Shown piece by piece: positions 51,967 to 64,000 of a stretch of DNA of 64,000 bases. The notes under the pieces are model-generated. The model was not told the DNA's origin. It ran no database searches and saw only the letters and a list, made by a program, of their open reading frames with translations. How positions within the stretch are numbered: position 1 is the first letter of the stretch; each line of letters starts with the position of its first letter. Source of the DNA: the human T2T-CHM13v2.0 reference genome, Homo sapiens; assembly GCF_009914755.1 (NCBI RefSeq), contig NC_060933.1; one strand, 5' to 3'. The translations under genes and the position numbers were made by a program.

Positions 51967-53963
51967 GGAGAGAGGGAAGGAGAGAAAGAGACAGAGAGTG
52001 AAGCTAAACATCCAGAAAGAGTTGGTACCAATGGTTTTTTCAGTGCTGATGTACATTTTGGCTCCTGGACAAATGATGACTTAGCTCCTGCATTCATATA
52101 ATAAATTTCCTTTTTTGAATGGAGTGGTTGATGCTTTGTATTTAATGCTCCAGATCCAGGCTCCACTCCTCCCCTACGCTTTGTGGGAGTTGGCCTTTGT
52201 GGAGTGCTTTCCTATATTCCTTTGCCCTCATGCTTCTGGTTAGGATTGGCCACTGGAGATCTCTGTCAAGATTTCAATGAGCTGGAGAAGAATGAAGGAG
52301 GCCTGAATAACTCTGGCTCCCTCCTTGTGGCTCCTCTGGGGTTGGTTCTGGTCCTGAACCAAAGACTGGAGCACATGTTGGTGGTCTGCTCTTATAGCTA
52401 GGTTCTGGAAGCTACCCTCTTTCCTCGGCGCTTCAGGCTCCAGGTTGATAACTGCTCCTGTATTGCTAGCCTGGGGTACTGTACCATCTCTTCTTAGTTT
52501 ACCATTATCTCATCTAGGTCCACCCCTAAGGTTGGTAGGCCCAAAGCAAGAGTATAAATGGAGGCTCCTAAGCCCTTGGCTTACCCACCTGCTCATTCCA
52601 CTCCAGCTCCATCCTGCACCATGGGGGCTCACAGTCTGCACATTCTTTACAGACAGCATCCCTTGTCCATCCTCTGCCCTGGAGTCAGGGTGCAGGGGAG
52701 TCACACACTTGTGGTGCCCTCCACCCTCAGGAACCAGGGAATGAACCCTGGAGGTGGACAGGAAAGTTGAAGGCATGGGTGTTTGAAGCATGGTCTTTAT
52801 CCCATTGACCCTATGACTTCTCGCTCTCAGTGAGGAAGGTAGCTAGAGTGGGACCCAGGTAATAGGCATGGTTTAAGGGTGGTTCTGATTTTCCCACACT
52901 TAAAAAAAAAAAAGTAATCCCTTGATTGCACTCTCCTTGGTTAATCCATGTGAGAGCAATCTGTTTCCCATTGGAAACTTGAGTGAGACAATTGTGCTCT
53001 GGCACACTTGACCCCAAGAATCCTGACTGACATATGAGGATTTTCCAGAACTCTTCAGATTTGTGATCTCCTTTGATTCCCTCAACACCTAAGGCTGGTG
53101 GCAGAAGGCTGGACCAGGTCTCCTGCATCCCTACTAGGTGCACAGCCTCAAAGAGGGGCCCATGCAGTGCAACCACAGGCTTTGCTGTAGAAACACGTGT
53201 CAGGCCTTGGCCAGAGTCAAGGATACTCTCAGGGCTGGAAGGAGCTTTTTCATGATGGAGCCGAATACTGAGAATGGGATCCAGAGAAAATAAATGAACA
53301 AGGAAAAGCTGTTATGCATTAATGTAATCAAACTGCATGATTTATTTGCTTAATGGCTGCTGAAAAGTCGTCTGGCATTTAACCATTCCCTTCTCAAATC
53401 CTGTGTGAATCCTTTAAAATTCAACCTATGAGATAATCTAACAGAGAATCCTTTTGATTTCCACTTTGTATTTTTCATGTAAAAATAAGTTGAGGAGTAG
53501 GTGTAGCACCAGTCACAAAAGACCACATATCGTATGATTCCATTTACATGAAAAGTCCAGAATCAGCAAATCCAGAGGGACAGAAAGTAGATTCATGCTT
53601 GCCAGGGGCTGGGGGTGGGAGAATGAGAAATGACATTTAATAGATATGGGTTTCTTTGGGGAGTGATCAAATTTTCTAAGATTAGATTATGGTGATGGTT
53701 GTACAACTCTGTAAATGCTAAGTGCAGTAAATGCTAAAAACAACTGAACTGTGCACTTTCAGCAAGTAAATTTTATGCTATGTAAATGATACCTCAACAA
53801 AACTCTTCTAAAAAACACAAAGCATAGGACTGTTCTAAAAAACCATTACTGTTCTCTATTTTGTAACTCTACCTTCTCATGTTAAGAGAAAACACAGATA
53901 ACTCTTATTTAATATCAACAATGTGCCAGTCGTGACACTAACATCTTTACATGCATTATATTA

Positions 53964-54299
53964 CAGTCAGCCCTCTGTATCTAAGGGTTCCACGTTGATG
54001 GATTCAATCCATTGCAGATGGAAATTATTTGAAAAATAAATAACAATACAACAATAAAAGTAATAGAAATAAAAGAAAAAACAGAATAACAACTATTTAG
54101 AGAGAATTTACATTGTATTAGGGGTTATAAATAATCTAGAGATGATTTGAAAGTATACAAGAGAATGCCCATAGGTGATATGAAAATACTACACCATTTT
54201 ATATCAGGGACTCGGGCATCTATAGATCTTGGTATCCATGGGGTGGGGGTGGGGGAGCAGTCCTAGAACCAAACTCTTAAGGACACCGAAGGAGAACTG
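53964..54299. mobile_element. Tigger3a/MER7A-like TcMar DNA transposon inserted in a MIR
   Basis: TA|CAGTCAGCCCTCTGTATC ... GACACCGAAGGAGAACTG|TA termini with TA TSD; MIR sequence on both sides. Confidence 0.82.
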
Positions 54300-55621
54300 T
54301 ATTTAATTCTCCCAACAATACTGTTATATAAGTGTTATTAATTATCTCATTCTACAGATGAAGAAACTGAGGCTCCAAGGCATTATAGCACTTGGTCAAC
54401 ATTACACAGCTACCTAGGAGGTTGTATTGCTGGGGATCAAATTCAGACCTATCTGATCCCAAAAGCTTGGGCTTAAAAACATGGCTAATTCTTTGACAAT
54501 GTGTTAGTTATTGTATGTACAGTAAAGACTGCTTACTGAAAATAGAAATGTCTTGTTTTCTGAAATACATGTCTTGGTGAAGCAGTTATTCGTTGTGTCT
54601 GCTGCAACTACTTTATCAAAGGCTTTCCTTGTGGGTAACTAGAGACTAAGGGGATGGAATGATAAAACCCCCTTCCCCACCCCAATGCCTACCAGTTTTT
54701 AAAACTCAGTTCACTTGTCTAGTGTTTTCATCTGGAAGCCAGACTGCAGACTTGTGGGTCACCTGAGCTCATGGCTCTGGGTACCCAGTCTGGATAAAAT
54801 TGTGTTCTAAGGCCTTTTTTAATTGAACACTTTGTCCAGCCTCTGCCTACATTGAAGACCCTCAGAGTTTTCTCCAGTACTTCAAAGACTAGCTGAATTG
54901 GAAATCACTGGAAAGTTTCCCCTGCAGTGTACATTTAAATGTACTGGTTCTTTTTTTTTTTTCTTTCATAATGGAGACTTGGATTTACAGAATGTAACAG
55001 ATACTATTTGGCAGAAAGTAAAAACTGTCTTAACTCTCCCCATATTTGGCAATACAGTTCTCTCTCTCTCTCTCTCTCTCTCTCAGCAGATTTCCAATTA
55101 CACTTCATAGACGGATCTCAGCTGGTCCTTTTTTCCTGTTACATAAACTTGACAATGACTATTTGGACTATGTTTCAACCATTCTTTCTTGAACTTCAAC
55201 CACCAAACACATTTAAGGAGTGAAACCCCCTGCCAAAATGCACCAGAAACTCTTTAACCCTATATAGTTATTTGCCAGGGTTGAGAAACCCACTTGACCC
55301 TTTCAGCATCAGCATTTTCATTCCTCTGTGTGTTGATTTTCAGACATTTCGGTTTTTTGAGGACAAGCTCGTTTCCTGTGCATGCCTTCAGTCTTTCCTT
55401 GCCTCACTGCTGCCAGCAATAGCAATGTAGCATCCTCTGAGAGAGAGTGAGCTGAGCCAGGAGAAAAAATGGACTTGAACAGAGAAATTCAGGAGCTATC
55501 TTTTTTTTAAAGTATCTACCTTAGTGACCCAGAAGAGGGCAGAAAGACCCAGCCAGTGTCCACCAATAGGGAAGCCTCTCAGATGCAAGCCACTCACTAG
55601 TTACTGAATAAAGAAAGCTTA

Positions 55622-56005
<384 letters not shown>

Positions 56006-57449
56006 CTAGGAAGTTTGAAATATTTGATATCATTGAATAACAGCGCTCTCCGCCACTTGATGACAATCAGAAACTATTCAGTATAGTGGATCTTTCCAGA
56101 GAGACCATTCATACTTACACTTCATTACTTACTCTCTAGTATGTTTCCATGTGAGCATGACTTCTTGAAAACACTATAGATACTTAACATGTACCGTGTT
56201 GTTTATCCCCTGGGATTACATGTTTCAATGAGCTAAACGAAAGCTGCTTTCGATGTAGATAAATAGGCATAAGAATATAGACCCATGGCTCTTTCGGGAG
56301 TGAAATTATTTGCAAATCGACAGTGGAGGGATTCTGAGAACAGAGTGTTTCAAACAAACTTTCCACATGATTATGTTTCCATATCTTCTCCTGGCACTGA
56401 ACAAACATTTTAAATTGCCACTTGTTCACTGAGGTTGACAATAAATCCAAACAGGAATATGTTTAATATCCATATAGAATTTTCATACGAATAGCTTTTC
56501 ATTGTCTGCTATTCCCATAAAGCCAAGCAAATTGGCATTTTAATATTGTTTTCTTTTCTATCATAGAAACTAAAACAAGTACCAAATAAAAGATACCAGA
56601 TGATAAATATAGGAAACTAGTGGAATTACAGAATGATACAGTGCTTTTTATTTTAGAGGTGAAGAAACTGCAACTAAGAAAAGTGAGGTGATTTGCCTAA
56701 GGTCGAAAAAATCAAGACTGGCCACAGAAGGGGGCATCATATTTCATTTGATTGTGTGATTGATCACCAAATTCCCACATGGAGTGAACGTGGCCTTTTT
56801 TTAAATGCCACCTAAAGTGGATCAACACTCAAGCCAATCAATACAGGCATCCACGCAGGGCCCTTGGATAATGAAGGAAGGAAATTTTGTTCAATGTTCA
56901 CAGCAAGAAGTGGGGACCAAGAAAGAAGCCTTGGCAGCACCCTCAGAGTGGCAGAGAAGGAGTAAGGAGCAGGTCAGTAGATGTCAACAAGGTCTCTGAG
57001 ATCCCACATATTGGCTGTCACTTAGTCTCAAAAGATGAGTTGGTAGAAAATATAAAAAGGTCAAAGAAGCATTTAAGTTAGTGGTTCTCAACCTTGGCAG
57101 CACTTTTAAAATTATTTTGGGAAGATTTAAAACACCTGAATGACCAGGCCACAGCCCAGGCTGATTTCCTCAGTGTGTTTTCAAGATGTTCCCAATATGT
57201 ATGCAAAGTTGAGAACCATGGCTCTAGATAAACCTAGTATGGGCCCATTGAAAGAATGATAGACGTAGCCTATCCCCAGATTCTTAAGGCTGACCAGGCT
57301 TTTCTCTCTAAAGTTTCTTAGTGCTGCTGTCAAAAACAAGGCCTTGTCCCTTCTTGCACTGCTGATTCTCTTTGTTAGTATTTATACGCAGTAGTGCCAT
57401 ATTGGCCATGGACTGAGGTTGGGACATCTAAGTAATGACCACCTCTATT

Positions 57450-58733
<1,284 letters not shown>

Positions 58734-59059
58734 TCGCTTCCCCCAGGGAATGCCTCCTCCCTCACTCTCAGTCTTTGCGTTTCAAGTGGAGTTAATTCTA
58801 CTTCCAGCTCTGTAGTGGGCATGTGATTCAGCCTTTGCCAGTCAGGTACCACATTACATTGGCCTATACCACTGGTTTACGGATGAGAATGTGACCGGAT
58901 CAAAACCAGAGAGAAGCAGTGAGACTTTTACTGGGGGACTCTAGTGAGAGAGGAAGATTAACCTTTTCTATGGGCTTTAAAACTGGTAACATGTGAGGCT
59001 GTAGCCCCTGGAATCCATGTAGATTCTGTGTTTTGATTTATCTTAATTCCATCCCCATC

Positions 59060-59848
59060 TGTATTTGTTTTCTATTGCTGTGCAACAAATTACCACATAC
59101 TAGTGCTTTAAGAGAACAGATTTATTAGCTCACGGTTTCTGGGGATCAGGACATTGCTTAATTGGGTCTTTTGCTTAGAGTCTTTTTGTCTGTTTGTTTG
59201 AGTTAGAGTTTCCCTCTTGTCGCCCAGGCTGGAGTGTAATGGAGCGACCTCGGCTCACTACAACCTCCGCCTCCTGAGCTCATGCAATTCTCCTGCTGCA
59301 GCCTCCCAAGTAACTGGGATTACAGGCACATGCCATCATGCCTGGCTAATTTTTTATTTCAGTAGACATGGGGTTTCACCACGTTGGCCGGGCTGGTCTC
59401 CAACTCCTGACCTCAGGTGATCTGCCTGCCTTGGCCTTCCAAAGTGTTGCTCAGAGGCTTATAAAGCTGAAAATCAAGGATGTCAGCAGGTCTGGTTCTC
59501 CTCTGGAGGCTTGATTAGGGGAAAAAAATCTGCTTTCAAGCTCATTCTGGAAAAAGTTTATTTCCTTGAAGCTATATGACTGTGGGCCCTGGCTTTTCAC
59601 TTACTTTTGGATAGAGCCCGCTCTCAGTATCTAGAATCTGCTCATAATTCTTTGCCAGGTGGCCCACAATATGCCACTTAACTTCTTCAAAACCAGCAGA
59701 ACAGTAACATAATCCTGGGAGTGACATCCCTTCACTCTTGCTATATTCTGTTGGTTAGAAGCAAGCCATGGGTTTTATCAGCATTTAAGGTAAGGGGGTT
59801 CTCCAAAGGTATGCCCAGTTGGGGGTCACCTTAAGGTGCATCCACCAC
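59060..59848 (-). mobile_element. MLT1C/D-like LTR interrupted by an Alu (59185-59448)
   Basis: TGTATTTGTTTTCTATTGCTGTGCAACAAATTACCAC...ATTTATTAGCTCACGGTTTCTG; GCTTAGAG/GCTCAGAG flanks around the Alu. Confidence 0.65.
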
Positions 59849-60473
59849 TCCTCCCAAGGTTCAGGGTACACAAAGGAATGGTAGAGCAGGCAGCAGCTCA
59901 TGGGTGCAGAGATTCTCTGGCTCTGCTCCTCTCTTCTCCCAGCAGATCATGCCAGTGCCTGTCTAACTGATGGCTACCTGAAATCTTCCTCTCTGGCAAG
60001 CCCTTTACAATGAGTAGACATTTACATAAAATGGTCACAATATTGAATTTGGCTTTGTCTTAAGACGTGCCTTTTGGATCAGCCCCAGAAATCCACCCAC
60101 CAGATGATGGCTCTCTCTGCTTGTCCCCAAGTCTTAAGATATCTTACTCTGACTTGCATGCGGTAAGACAGAGCAAGTATTTCCTGGACTAGATTTTCTT
60201 CTAGTGATAGTGACAGAAATGATCACTAAGCAATGGCTGTTGGGTAAGGCAGGAGATTGGGAAACATGGGAAAATGTCACTTCCTCTGCCCTACTCTGAG
60301 TATATAATAAAATCTTAGCCAATATAGTCTTCATTGTGTGCCATGGCACCATTCCAAGTACTTTAATATATCAAGTCATTTAGTGCTCAGAACAACCTTA
60401 TGAGGTAGTGCTATTACTATGCCCATTTTACAGATGAAGTTACTGAGGGAGAGAGACATTAAATAGCTTGCTA

Positions 60474-60772
<299 letters not shown>

Positions 60773-61809
60773 ACTGGCCAAGATCGCAATGCCTGGAATC
60801 AAACCAAGGCATTTGGGCTGTAAAGTCCTTCTGTGGTCTTATCCACTATGTCACGTTATCTCCTAGAATTCTATGAAAGGAGTTCTTTTTCAGCAGTCTC
60901 TAAAGTAATGCATTGACACTCCACACAGTAGCTTAGACTATAATGAAAAGACATTAGAAGCAGCACTTTATCCTGAGGGTCAGTCTGTTAAATACGTGAC
61001 TGATACATCAGGAGTCCATCCCTGACACTCAGAAAGACCGTAATCAAAGGTGGCAGCTCTTTTATGCACTTTGTCTGCTGAAGATAGGACCTGATGTACC
61101 ACTGGATCAAAATGGTCAGGTTTGTGCAAGAGCCACCTTTGCCCTGGGCTCTAAGACAACTTCATGCCTCTGCAATTGGACAGCTATGAATCAGAGCAAG
61201 TGCTCTGTTCATCTCACCTCTATGCCAGCGAGCAGCACTTCCCTGCCTGGGAAAAGACATTTGAACAAATTCACAACTGTGGTTGCAGAAACATAGTCAC
61301 TCTGGGGAGGCCGCTGCAACAAAAGGAGATCCTTGCCCTCTCCTATCAGATGGGGGCCACTGAAGAGAGCAAGCGTAATGGTACCTTTCCCTAGGTATCA
61401 AAAATCAAAATGATGGCTTTGAGGGTAAAGATGCCCCTTTATGAATTCTCTTACCCTGTGAAGGATTTAAAAAATCTTTTTGCCCAGTAATGAAGACCCA
61501 CTGGATTTAGACCAGGGTGAAAAAAATAAATGTTCTTGGAAGATGTACTTAGTTTATAGGTTGAGTAATAATGCAACCCCCAGGCCACTGCTCCCACGGT
61601 AGAAATTCTGAGAGGAAAATTTAAGTCGAGGATGCCTGTTCTTCCTTAGACAGCTGAGATCCGTTTTTTTTCCTCCTTCCCACTCAAGCCCCCATGGCAA
61701 GGAGAAATATTTCTGGGGATTTTCCAGGTTCTATAACAGCTTGCTCTTTTGGCATCCTGATTTGCAGAGATGATGAAACTTCCCCATAACACAAATGCAT
61801 CCCTTTAAG

Positions 61810-62463
61810 CTGCACTGCCCAACATAGTAACTACTAGCCACACTTCACATTTAGCTAGTCCAAATAGAGATGTGCAGCAAGTATAAAGTACACAGCAGAT
61901 GTCGATGATTTTGTACGGCAAACAAAAAGTTGTTCTGGACTGCATGTTAGTATCCCGTCAAAATTCATATGTTGAATACTGTCCCATAATACCCATAATA
62001 CCTCAAAAAGGAAGTGTGGCTTTTGGGAGGTGATTGGGTTTAGATGGTGGAGCCACCATGCTGGGATTAGTGTCCTTATAAGAAGAGAAAAAGACTAGAA
62101 TGTGGTCGCTTTGCCGTGTGAAGGCACAGCAAGGAGCTGGCCTTCTGCAAACCAGGGAGAGAGCCCTCACCAGACACAGAATCTGCTGGCACCTTGATCT
62201 TGGACTTCTTAGCCTCCAGAAGTGTAAGAAATAAATGTTTGCTGTTTAAACCACCCAGTTTATGGTATTTTTGTTATACCACCCTGAGCTAAGACAGAAT
62301 GTAAAATATCTCACTAATAATTTTTATACTGGTTTCATGTTGAGATAATTTTTTGGATATATTGGGCTAAATAGTATAATTATAATTTCACCTTTTTATT
62401 TTGACTTTGCTAGCTAGAAAGTATAAAGGTTCAATCTGTGACCATGTCTATTGGACAGCACTG
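61810..62463. mobile_element. MER33-like hAT element interrupted by an MLT1A-like LTR (61931-62296)
   Basis: CTGCCCAACATAGTAACTACTAGCCAC...CTATTGGACAGCACTG termini; LTR ends TTTGTTATACCACCCTGAGCTAAGACA. Confidence 0.7.
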
Positions 62464-62499
62464 CCTTGAATTATCAAGAGGCTCTCAAAAAAATCAGTA

Positions 62500-64000
<1,501 letters not shown>

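Overview
Primate, almost certainly human, genomic DNA; an AluYa5 copy supports human. The only protein-coding sequence I can support is coding exon 1 of GNA14 (G-protein alpha-14, Gq family) on the minus strand at 28649-28772 ([42 protein letters not shown]), inside a CpG-island promoter at about 28.3-29.9 kb. Bases 1-28648 are GNA14 intron 1. Everything beyond about 29.4 kb is upstream sequence; from memory this lies towards the paralogue GNAQ, which is not in the window. The rest is mostly transposon-derived: a full-length dead L1PA7-like LINE with TSDs, about 30 Alus, ERV1/ERVL/MaLR solo LTRs, hAT and Tigger relics, and microsatellites. I see no wholly new biological system. The best leads are: (1) a TSD-flanked U6/L1PB chimeric retrocopy; (2) an L1 antisense-promoter exon whose intact donor is in phase with GNA14 exon 2; (3) splice signals for a divergent lncRNA from the GNA14 CpG island; (4) a perfect (GGAA)15 microsatellite in intron 1; (5) a 112-bp locally templated duplication; (6) a 51-bp minisatellite; (7) a young AluYa5. 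Repeat subfamilies were assigned by eye from remembered consensus sequences, and their boundaries are approximate unless TSDs are quoted.
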